From Bacteroidales bacterium (lineage in GTDB: Bacteria; Bacteroidota; Bacteroidia; Bacteroidales; VadinHA17): 64,000 bases of DNA. Location of the stretch: positions 477-64,476 of the forward strand of contig JAOZPG010000014.1 in the NCBI GenBank assembly GCA_029932855.1, in the 5' to 3' direction. The notes beneath the pieces were generated by a model. The model was given only the letters and a program-made list of their open reading frames with translations, did not search any database and was not told the origin of the DNA. Made by a program: the position numbers and the translations under genes. How positions within the stretch are numbered: the first letter of the stretch is position 1; each line of letters opens with the position of its first letter. Positions 1-7,451 of this stretch are shown here, piece after piece.

Positions 1-283
1 TATCTTTTTGTCTTGTCAGCTGTTTCTTGAGGGCATCTATGGTGAGGTCTATAGCTTCTTCAAATGTTTTACTTTGTTTCTTTGCAAATAAGGTGCTCAC
101 AGGAACATCTAACTTAATTTCCGCAACCTTATTTTCTGCGCTTACCGATTTGGATAAACGTAAAAATACTTCTGCTTCCAGTATCTGGTCATTGAACTGG
201 CCTAGCTTAGACACTTTTTGATCTATAAAATCCAGCAATCTCTTATCAGCATCAAAACGAACAGAATGTACTTTGATATTCAT
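1..283 (-). CDS. hpf: ribosome hibernation promoting factor / RaiA (S30EA) family; C-terminal end runs off the window edge
   Basis: Reverse-strand ORF absent from the supplied track because it is cut by the window edge. ATG at 283..281. My translation is MNIKVHSVRFDADKRLLDFIDQKVSKLGQFNDQILEAEVFLRLSKSVSAENKVAEIKLDVPVSTLFAKKQSKTFEEAIDLTIDALKKQLTRQKD, which matches the short HPF/YfiA pattern. AGGAGG lies 7 nt upstream. The rpsU-xerC-hpf order is typical of Bacteroidota. Confidence 0.85.
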   Translation of the reverse strand, partial: MNIKVHSVRFDADKRLLDFIDQKVSKLGQFNDQILEAEVFLRLSKSVSAENKVAEIKLDVPVSTLFAKKQSKTFEEAIDLTIDALKKQLTRQKD

Positions 284-300
284 GATTTTTCCTCCTTTTT

Positions 301-1188
301 TTAAGCTCGCGGATGAGCCTGTTTATATATTTCTTTTAACTTCTCAAATGTATTATGAGTATAAACCTGCGTAGCTGACAGGCTTGCATGTCCCAGCAAT
401 TCTTTAATGGCATTTATATCAGCCCCTTTATTTAGCATATGTGTCGCAAAAGTATGTCTCAATGTATGGGGACTCTTTTGCTCAACCGTGGTTACCAGAG
501 ACAAGTATTTATTAACTACCTGATATATAAGTTTTGGATATACAGCCTTGCCTTTTGATGTTAAAAACAATCCCGGCTGGTTAAGGCCTGTGAAGGCTTC
601 ATTTCTTATCTTTATATAATAAGCCAACCTCTCTGCAAAATCTGATGATAATGGGATTATTCTCTCCTTATTCCTCTTTCCAAGCACCTTTATGGATTTC
701 TCTTCTACAGAAACATCATCACATTTAAGCTGACTAAGCTCCGCCCTCCTTATTCCCGTAATATAAAGAAGCTCAATTATCATCTTGTTCCTTATGCCCG
801 TATAATCATTTCCAAAATCAAACTTATCAAGAAGCTCATCCATGGCTTCCTCTTTAACAAAGCCCGGAAGTGATTTTTTTATTTTTGGGGCTATTATCCT
901 GTCGGCAGGATTCTTAGTCAATAATTCCTCCCTGATCATATATTTATAAAATGATTTAAGTGTGGATATCTTCCTGTTAATACTTCTTGCAGATATACCA
1001 TCTTCTGCAAGATGCACTATCCATGCCCTGATATTCTTATGAGAGCTTTCAGATATGTCTGACAGTTCAAAATAGCTGTTTAAAAATGTGCTGAACTGGT
1101 TCAGGTCGGTATTATACGAGGTAAGCGTATAAACAGAGAATCTCTTTTCGTATTGAAGATAATTAAGAAAAGAATCAATATAATTCAT
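301..1188 (-). CDS. xerC: tyrosine site-specific recombinase, XerC/XerD family
   Basis: 295 aa. N-terminal SAM-like domain (YLQYEKRFSVYTLTSYNTDLNQF) and a catalytic C-terminus with HTLRHTFATH and LGHASLSATQVYTH (R-H-R-Y signature). It sits between rpsU and hpf, with no flanking repeats or cargo genes. Confidence 0.85.
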   Translation of the reverse strand: MNYIDSFLNYLQYEKRFSVYTLTSYNTDLNQFSTFLNSYFELSDISESSHKNIRAWIVHLAEDGISARSINRKISTLKSFYKYMIREELLTKNPADRIIAPKIKKSLPGFVKEEAMDELLDKFDFGNDYTGIRNKMIIELLYITGIRRAELSQLKCDDVSVEEKSIKVLGKRNKERIIPLSSDFAERLAYYIKIRNEAFTGLNQPGLFLTSKGKAVYPKLIYQVVNKYLSLVTTVEQKSPHTLRHTFATHMLNKGADINAIKELLGHASLSATQVYTHNTFEKLKEIYKQAHPRA

Positions 1189-1253
1189 GCAAAGGATCCT
1201 ATCTATATACAGATATGGATTTTGGCGTCTGCCGGCATTTAAAAGAGAATTGC

Positions 1254-1445
1254 TTATTCTTCTTCCCGCTGCAGCTTCTGAACATAAACGGCTTTTTTTC
1301 TCAGCTCTCTCTTGGTTACCGAAGGTTTAATAAAAGCCTGCCTGCTTCTTAACTCTTTGATAACACCGGTTTTCTCAAACTTACGCTTGAATTTTTTCAA
1401 AGCCCTTTCAATGTTCTCACCCTCTTTGATCGGAATAACTATCAT
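1254..1445 (-). CDS. rpsU: 30S ribosomal protein S21
   Basis: 63 aa, MIVIPIKEGENIERALKKFKRKFEKTGVIKELRSRQAFIKPSVTKRE..., a canonical bS21 sequence. Confidence 0.97.
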   Translation of the reverse strand: MIVIPIKEGENIERALKKFKRKFEKTGVIKELRSRQAFIKPSVTKRELRKKAVYVQKLQREEE

Positions 1446-1467
1446 AGTCTGTTTTTTAATTGAGGCG

Positions 1468-1475
1468 CAAAGTTA
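1468..1475 (-). promoter_or_regulatory. Bacteroidota sigma-A -7 box (TAACTTTG on the minus strand) for the rpsU-xerC-hpf unit
   Basis: Exact match to the TAnnTTTG consensus, 23 nt upstream of the rpsU ATG, followed by an A-rich leader. The motif is short, so some chance occurrence is expected in AT-rich DNA. Confidence 0.5.
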
Positions 1476-1674
1476 GCTATTGGAAAACATTTTACAAAAA
1501 AAACTTCAAAAAAATAAAAAAGTCCCATGTTGAGACTTCCATTAAACGTATATATCAGCCATTATCCATCTTTATCTGTCCTGTTATACAATAATAATTA
1601 TAGCTAGCCTAAATATAATAAAATATCTCCATAAATCAATACAGTAAATACAATAAAATCCTAATTTTATCCGA

Positions 1675-3798
1675 ATGAACATGGAAGCATTTCCGGGCAA
1701 GAGCATCAATAAAGGATTCAGCCGTACACATGGCAGGTTTAATATGAAAAAGCAGCATAATAATATTATTGCATTAATAATAATCCTGGCTTTAGGATTC
1801 CTGTTTCACAGAAACTATATTAATGAGTTCCCATTATATACCCATGCCTGGGCCCAGGCAGACAGGCTTGCCCTGGCACATGGATTTGTGAATAACAATC
1901 TGAATTTCTTTAAACCTGAAACTTTTGTATTAAATCACGAGTTTCCTGATGTCTGGAACAGGGTTTCAACAGAAAGCATTACAGCCGTTGATTTTCCCAT
2001 ACACGATTATATTCCTGCTGTCATCATGAAAATATCAGGGATAGAATCCCCATGGATCTTCAGGTTGTATATTTTGCTTTATGGCATGCTTGGACTATTT
2101 TACCTTTTCAGATTATCCATACTGGTCAGCAAGAGTTTCATAAAATCTGTCTTTGTAACAGTTTTTGCTGCCACATCCCCTGTCTTTGTATATTACCAGG
2201 GAGGATTCCTGCCCAGCATACCCTCTTTATCAAATACCATTATTGGCCTGTATTTCTATAGCAGGTATTTGAAAAATACTGCCAATAAAGACTTTTCCCT
2301 GTCAATACTCTTTCTCACACTTGCCACCTTAAGCAGAATGACCTATGCCATTCCATTGCTGGCAATACTGGGAACAGAGTTCCTCAGGATACTTGGCAGG
2401 AAAAGCAGTGTGCTACCAAAAATATTACCTGTTTCAATGTCAATCCTGAGCATACTGTCTTATTATTTCTACAACACCATACTCAGGGAGAATTACGGAT
2501 CAATGTTCTTAAATTATTTATTACCGGCAGAAAATCTCCGGCAGGTATTTGAGGTACTTTCACTGGTTAAGGAAAGATGGCTCTTCCAGTATTTCTCCAA
2601 ACTTCATTATATAGTTCTCATAATAATTATAATCGCATCAGTATTTTACATATTTAAAAAACCCGGTGCTTTTCAAAAAGAGAAAAAAACGCTCCTGATT
2701 TATACAGGCATATCCCTTCTGGGTAGTTTAATATTCTCAATTTTGATGCTTCACCAGTTCCCCAACCACGACTATTATTTTCTTGATACTTTTTTCCTGC
2801 CCATAATATTAATCCTGTTGCTGTCCATATCGGCAGTTCCTTCAGTCATTAATACCAGCTATAAAAATGTCTTTGTAATTGTTGTCATTTTATTAAGCAC
2901 CCTTTTTGCAGCAAATGCAAATAAAAGCCAGAAGAAGAGGAGGATTACCGGCTATTGGGACAGGCAAAGCACTACCGTACATAATTTTTCGGGTTCAGCC
3001 GGCTTCCTGGACTCCCTGGGGATATCAAAAAAAGCGAAAATAATGGTCCTCGACCCTACTGCTCCTAATATTCCATTCATCCTGATGGACAGGAAAGGCT
3101 ATGCTATTATGATAACTGAAAAGGAAATCCTAAAGAATGTACTTAGCTGGGATTATGATTTTATTGTAATACAGAATGAGTTTTTCCTGCCTTACGTTTA
3201 TTCCAAATATCCCGAAATTCTTTCCAGAATAGAGAAAATTGCCGATAATGGAAAAATCTCGGTATGTAAATTAAGTGACAATGATCTGCATCAGAGTTTA
3301 TACGAATTTATGGGAATATCCGGAAAATCACAGGCCGGGAAGATGTCAGTGGATAAACCGGAATTTGAAGAATTAATGACATTTGATACTCTTGCAGATA
3401 AATCCTGGCTAAATACAAATTCCACATCAGAACATTATTACTCCGGTAATAACTCAGGAATACTTAGCTCAGATATGAGCTTCGGACTAAGCTTTAAAAC
3501 AAAGAATCTTCCATGTATTAAAGAAAAGAGCCGGGTATTGACCTTCAGTTCGTATTTCAAACCTGTAACATTAGGTAATTGTGATATTGTAGCAGCTATA
3601 CATGAAAAAGGACAAAACACTTATTATAAAGCCTTTCCTCTTCAGGATATTTTAAAAAATAATGATGACTGGCAAGAAGTAGAACTGATATTTCAGCTGC
3701 CCAAAGTGGAAAACAATGATTATGAGTTCGCATTATACATCTGGAACAAGGGAAAAGCAGAATTATATATTGATAACTTTGGGTTTAAGATATACTAA
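1675..3798 (+). CDS. polytopic membrane protein, GT-C-like (ArnT/PMT-type) glycosyltransferase candidate with a C-terminal CBM-like beta-sandwich domain
   Basis: 707-aa ORF; a more likely start is ATG 1744 (MKKQHNNIIALIIILALGF...). About 12 hydrophobic segments span the first ~430 aa, with an early loop HAWAQADRLALAHGF at the place where GT-C enzymes carry catalytic acidic residues. The soluble tail ends ...WQEVELIFQLPKVENNDYEFALYIWNKGKAELYIDNFGFKIY, reminiscent of CBM4/9-type or galactose-binding-like domain ends. The family call is by eye only. Confidence 0.55.
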   Translation: MNMEAFPGKSINKGFSRTHGRFNMKKQHNNIIALIIILALGFLFHRNYINEFPLYTHAWAQADRLALAHGFVNNNLNFFKPETFVLNHEFPDVWNRVSTESITAVDFPIHDYIPAVIMKISGIESPWIFRLYILLYGMLGLFYLFRLSILVSKSFIKSVFVTVFAATSPVFVYYQGGFLPSIPSLSNTIIGLYFYSRYLKNTANKDFSLSILFLTLATLSRMTYAIPLLAILGTEFLRILGRKSSVLPKILPVSMSILSILSYYFYNTILRENYGSMFLNYLLPAENLRQVFEVLSLVKERWLFQYFSKLHYIVLIIIIIASVFYIFKKPGAFQKEKKTLLIYTGISLLGSLIFSILMLHQFPNHDYYFLDTFFLPIILILLLSISAVPSVINTSYKNVFVIVVILLSTLFAANANKSQKKRRITGYWDRQSTTVHNFSGSAGFLDSLGISKKAKIMVLDPTAPNIPFILMDRKGYAIMITEKEILKNVLSWDYDFIVIQNEFFLPYVYSKYPEILSRIEKIADNGKISVCKLSDNDLHQSLYEFMGISGKSQAGKMSVDKPEFEELMTFDTLADKSWLNTNSTSEHYYSGNNSGILSSDMSFGLSFKTKNLPCIKEKSRVLTFSSYFKPVTLGNCDIVAAIHEKGQNTYYKAFPLQDILKNNDDWQEVELIFQLPKVENNDYEFALYIWNKGKAELYIDNFGFKIY

Positions 3799-3858
3799 AA
3801 AATACCTCAGGATAAAAGCATTTCAAAGCTGTATTCGAAACAACTATAATTAAATACT

Positions 3859-4572
3859 ATGATTATCAAAATTATTAAAACAATATTGATCATCCTGATA
3901 ATATCAGGCACAGGCATGCCGGCTAAGGCACAGGATTGGGCCGGGCTTAAGCGATACCAACAAGATAATTCTGAGCTGGAGATACCCGGAACCGGCAAGT
4001 ATAGTATTGTATTTATGGGTAACTCTATCACAGAAGGCTGGCTGAAGCTGCGACCGGGATATTTTGCCGGTAAAAATTACATAAACAGGGGTATCAGCGG
4101 TCAGACAACACCTCAGATGCTGCTGCGCTTCAGGCAGGATGTAATAGACCTCAATCCCTCTGCTGTGGTTATACTGGCAGGCACAAATGATATTGCAGGC
4201 AATACCGGTCCCTCCACTATTGAAATGATAACTGACAATATCTTTTCAATGGCTGAACTGGCAAGAGCACACAATATTAAAGTATTTTTATGCTCTGTAC
4301 TCCCTGCTTCAGATTTCCCCTGGCGGCCGGGACTGGAACCGGCTGAAAAAATTGTCAGGCTCAATACAGTACTTAAAGCTTATGCAGAAGAAAACAAGAT
4401 AGTGTATGTGGATTTCTTTTCTGCAATGGCTAACGAAACAAAGGGCATGATACATGAGTACGGACGTGATGGAGTGCATCCGAATGAGGCCGGTTATATG
4501 CTTATGGAGGGCCTGCTTGAAGAAGCAATTAACAGGGTATTTACCCCTGCCGGCCAGCCTGAAATCCGCTAG
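3859..4572 (+). CDS. secreted SGNH/GDSL-family hydrolase (esterase / lysophospholipase L1-like)
   Basis: 237 aa with a signal peptide (MIIKIIKTILIILIISGTGMPAKAQ). SGNH blocks are present: FMGNSITEGW (block I Ser), GISGQTT (block II Gly), GTNDIAG (block III Asn), DGVHPNEAGY (block V Asp/His). Confidence 0.8.
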   Translation: MIIKIIKTILIILIISGTGMPAKAQDWAGLKRYQQDNSELEIPGTGKYSIVFMGNSITEGWLKLRPGYFAGKNYINRGISGQTTPQMLLRFRQDVIDLNPSAVVILAGTNDIAGNTGPSTIEMITDNIFSMAELARAHNIKVFLCSVLPASDFPWRPGLEPAEKIVRLNTVLKAYAEENKIVYVDFFSAMANETKGMIHEYGRDGVHPNEAGYMLMEGLLEEAINRVFTPAGQPEIR

Positions 4573-4597
4573 CACATTCCTGCTATTAAAAGAATTA

Positions 4598-5599
4598 TTA
4601 TTGAGCTACTTTAAAGTATGGCCTTATCTTCATGTAGCCCTCTGCAGTTACTAGTTTATTGCTTAACAACTGGCCGGGAGAGTTGATTTTTCCCCTGAAT
4701 TCCCTGAATTTAATTATTGCCTCGGCCTGGTAATCGCTGATATAGGGATGTTTCTTAAGTTCCCACAGTGTAGCCTGGTTCAAATCTATCTTTTTCAAAA
4801 GCAAAGTATCAACACAGACAAGTATATTTAGCTTGTTGTAGGTTTCGGGTTTTAGTCCGTAAACCTCATTTAGCTGCTCAATGCTGTAGTATCCGCCCAG
4901 TAGCTTTCGGTATTTAATAATTCGGCCGGCATAAACCGGACCAATTCCGGGGAGAGAAAGCAGTTGTATAGAGTCGGCACTGTTAATTTCTATCAGTTGT
5001 ACAGCAGGGAGTCCTTCAGTCGCCGGCCTAACAAAAGATCCTGCTTCTGATGAATCGGAACTTCCCCCTCTTGCCCTGTAAGACATTTCTGTTGCCCTTT
5101 CTGCAGTTGTTCCGGAAGACGGTCCGGGAGAGGATCGGCTCATGCCTGTTATAATATATGGCTCCAAAAGCCTGTACAGGGAATCATCCAGGCCATAGAT
5201 CTTTTTCAAATCTTCCCTGTCATAAAACACTCCTCCCTTTTCCCTGTATTTAACAAGGTTGCCGGCTGCCCATTCCGAAATCCCAAGTTTCATTAGTTCA
5301 TCCCTGCCGGCAGTATTTGGATTAAACTCATGGAGATCAACTTTTGTAGAAACTAAAAAGCCACCGGCATACATCCCTGCACCGGCAGTGTCTGTCCCCG
5401 TAAAGCTCTCATCACTTCCTGAATAACACTGCTCAACAAGCTTATCAAACCCGATAAAATCTTCCTGAGGCAGAAAATTTATGTTATTTATAATAAGCTG
5501 AGCTAAAATAAAAATAACCAGCAGGATAAGCAGTACAATTATCCCCTTTCTCTGGCCTTTTGAAAAGTCGAAAAGATCTTTAAAATAGTTATTGAACAT
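4598..5599 (-). CDS. membrane-anchored helix-hairpin-helix DNA-binding protein, ComEA family (three HhH modules)
   Basis: 333 aa with an N-terminal TM segment (GIIVLLILLVIFILAQLII). It carries three ComEA-like units (FNPNTAGRDELMKLGISEWAAGNLVKYRE..., INSADSIQLLSLPGIGPVYAGRIIKYRK..., IDLNQATLWELKKHPYISDYQAEAIIKFRE...) and a Ser/Gly/Arg-rich linker between units 1 and 2. Confidence 0.7.
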   Translation of the reverse strand: MFNNYFKDLFDFSKGQRKGIIVLLILLVIFILAQLIINNINFLPQEDFIGFDKLVEQCYSGSDESFTGTDTAGAGMYAGGFLVSTKVDLHEFNPNTAGRDELMKLGISEWAAGNLVKYREKGGVFYDREDLKKIYGLDDSLYRLLEPYIITGMSRSSPGPSSGTTAERATEMSYRARGGSSDSSEAGSFVRPATEGLPAVQLIEINSADSIQLLSLPGIGPVYAGRIIKYRKLLGGYYSIEQLNEVYGLKPETYNKLNILVCVDTLLLKKIDLNQATLWELKKHPYISDYQAEAIIKFREFRGKINSPGQLLSNKLVTAEGYMKIRPYFKVAQ

Positions 5600-5670
5600 A
5601 CAGATTGCAGATGTACACTACAAGATACATATAATTTGTAAGTTCTGGCCTCTGAAGTATTTATTATATA

Positions 5671-5760
5671 TCCAGGTGGTACACCCTTATTGGTAATGCT
5701 ATCAGGCGGAACACCCTTATTGGTAATGCTACCAGGTGATACGCCCTTATTGGTAATGCG
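5671..5760. repeat. tandem direct repeat, 3 x 30 bp
   Basis: Units lie at 5671-5700, 5701-5730 and 5731-5760. The 16-bp core CCCTTATTGGTAATGC is identical in all three units, and 7 of the other 14 positions vary. The array is intergenic, 72-161 bp upstream of the ComEA-like start and downstream of the NSS transporter stop. Confidence 0.95.
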
Positions 5761-5826
5761 TTCACTTTTGTATTAAGTCAAAACTCACAAAATCGGCTAC
5801 CGTAAGTTGAATTTCTCCGGCAATCT

Positions 5827-7185
5827 TTAAAATAATCCCAGTCCGTACAGAAATACAGCAGCAATGGCAACAGGTGCAATGAACTTAACAATAACCATAA
5901 ATACATTTATAAGCCTTGCTTTAAGTTCTCCCTGGTTGGTGAGCTCATCCTGCACATTCTTCTTGCCAAGATACCAGCCTACGAATAATACAATAAAGAT
6001 GGCTCCCAGCGGAAGCAGGATATTTGCCGACATATAATCAAATATCCCAAATATTGTCTTTTTGAAGAGGACAACATCTTTCAGGGGGCCAAAGGATAGA
6101 GTGGCAAATACCCCTACAATACTAATCCCTACAGAACCCAGTATGGTAGCCTTTTTCCTGCTCATGTTCAGTTCCTCTGAAAAATATGCAACAACCACCT
6201 CCAATACTGACACGGTAGAAGTCAGTGCTGCAATACCCAGGAGAATGAAGAATAATACTGAGAAAAAATAACCTCCTGCCATCTGTTCAAATATATTAGG
6301 GAGAACTATAAAAACAAGCCCGAAGCCCTCGGCAGGATCAATACCAAAAGCAAATACTGCAGGAAATATCATAATGCCCGCAAGCACTGCAATAATTGTA
6401 TCGGCAGCAGAAACCTGCAATGCAGTAACAGGCAGGTTGTTATCCTTTTGTATGTAAGAACCATAAGTAATAAGTGTACCCATCCCAATACTCAGGGAGA
6501 AGGCTGCCTGACCGAGTGCGCTTAGCACCACTTCCCAGGTGATCTTTGAAAAATCGGGTTTAAACAGGAATTTCAATCCCCCCATGGCCCCGGGCAGTGT
6601 TAAGGAACGAATGCTCATTATAATTATCAACGCCAGCAAAACAGGCATAAGTATCTTGGTAGATTTTTCAATCCCTTTTTTTACTCCTGAGAAAACAATA
6701 AAACCGGTAAGGAACATAAAAACAAGCTGCCAGATAACAGGCCTTAGCGGGGCTGCCTGAAATGCCTCGAAAGAACTTTTCAGCTCTTCTGTCGACTTAT
6801 TACTAAAACCATGACCAATGGCCTGTACAAGGTATTCAAGTGTCCAGCCTGCAATAGTGCTGTAAAAAGCAAGTATGACAAAGGCTGCCCCTATCCCCAT
6901 TAATCCGACCAGGAACCATGGTTTCCCCGGGGCAAGTTTTTTAAACGAACCAAGAGCATTAAGCTGTGCCCTGCGGCCAATTGTTAATTCGGCAAGCATT
7001 ACCGGGAACCCGATAGCCAGTACAAAAGCAAGGTATATCAGTAAAAAAGCAGCTCCCCCGTTCTCGCCCGCAACATAAGGGAACCTCCAGATATTTCCAA
7101 GTCCTACCGCCGAACCGGCAGCTGCCGCCACAACACCCAGCTTGCTGCCAAATTTTTCTCTTGCCGGTAAATCAAATTTTGCCAT
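5827..7185 (-). CDS. sodium-dependent transporter, neurotransmitter:sodium symporter (NSS/SNF) family
   Basis: 452 aa, about 11-12 TM segments, with the N-terminal signature GSAVGLGNIWRFPYVAGENGG. Confidence 0.9.
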   Translation of the reverse strand: MAKFDLPAREKFGSKLGVVAAAAGSAVGLGNIWRFPYVAGENGGAAFLLIYLAFVLAIGFPVMLAELTIGRRAQLNALGSFKKLAPGKPWFLVGLMGIGAAFVILAFYSTIAGWTLEYLVQAIGHGFSNKSTEELKSSFEAFQAAPLRPVIWQLVFMFLTGFIVFSGVKKGIEKSTKILMPVLLALIIIMSIRSLTLPGAMGGLKFLFKPDFSKITWEVVLSALGQAAFSLSIGMGTLITYGSYIQKDNNLPVTALQVSAADTIIAVLAGIMIFPAVFAFGIDPAEGFGLVFIVLPNIFEQMAGGYFFSVLFFILLGIAALTSTVSVLEVVVAYFSEELNMSRKKATILGSVGISIVGVFATLSFGPLKDVVLFKKTIFGIFDYMSANILLPLGAIFIVLFVGWYLGKKNVQDELTNQGELKARLINVFMVIVKFIAPVAIAAVFLYGLGLF

Positions 7186-7352
7186 AATTGTTTTTTATCT
7201 AATTCTATCCAACCGCGTTAATCAAAGAGGTATTTCAGCGGAAAATTTAACCAGTGCACAAAAATAACTTTCTAAATATAAAATGCAGCCAATAGCTCAT
7301 AAAATAATTAAAGCTTAAAATAAATTTCTCTGTGTTATGCAGGATTAAACTA

Positions 7353-7370
7353 TTATTATCATGATAATAA
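7353..7370. promoter_or_regulatory. perfect 18-bp palindrome TTATTATCATGATAATAA, Fur-box-like operator candidate
   Basis: Perfectly self-complementary. It contains inverted ATTATC / GATAAT hexamers like the classical Fur box. It lies 82-99 bp upstream of the TonB-dependent receptor ATG (7452), in the divergent spacer shared with the NSS transporter. Confidence 0.4.
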
Positions 7371-7451
7371 GTTGATTAATATTTTGAAAGATGTAAGTAT
7401 CTTTACAGAGACTGAACAGATCAATGTAGTAATCCGGGAAGCAAGATCATT

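Noticed and set aside
27-221. 64-aa plus-strand ORF at the window start
   Set aside because: It is antisense to the clearly recognisable hpf coding sequence (1-283, minus strand).
301-1188. Tyrosine recombinase as a marker of an integrative mobile element
   Set aside because: It is sandwiched between rpsU and hpf in the arrangement conserved across Bacteroidota. There are no flanking direct repeats, tRNA target, excisionase or cargo genes. A housekeeping XerC/XerD-type role is the simplest reading.
5671-5760. Tandem 30-bp repeats considered as a CRISPR array or as coding decapeptide repeats (minus frame ITNKGV.P.S x3; plus frame GGTPLLVML x3)
   Set aside because: The units are contiguous with no spacers and there are no cas genes, so this is not CRISPR. 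The open frames have no start codon, are bounded by nearby stops, and are out of frame with the downstream ComEA-like gene.
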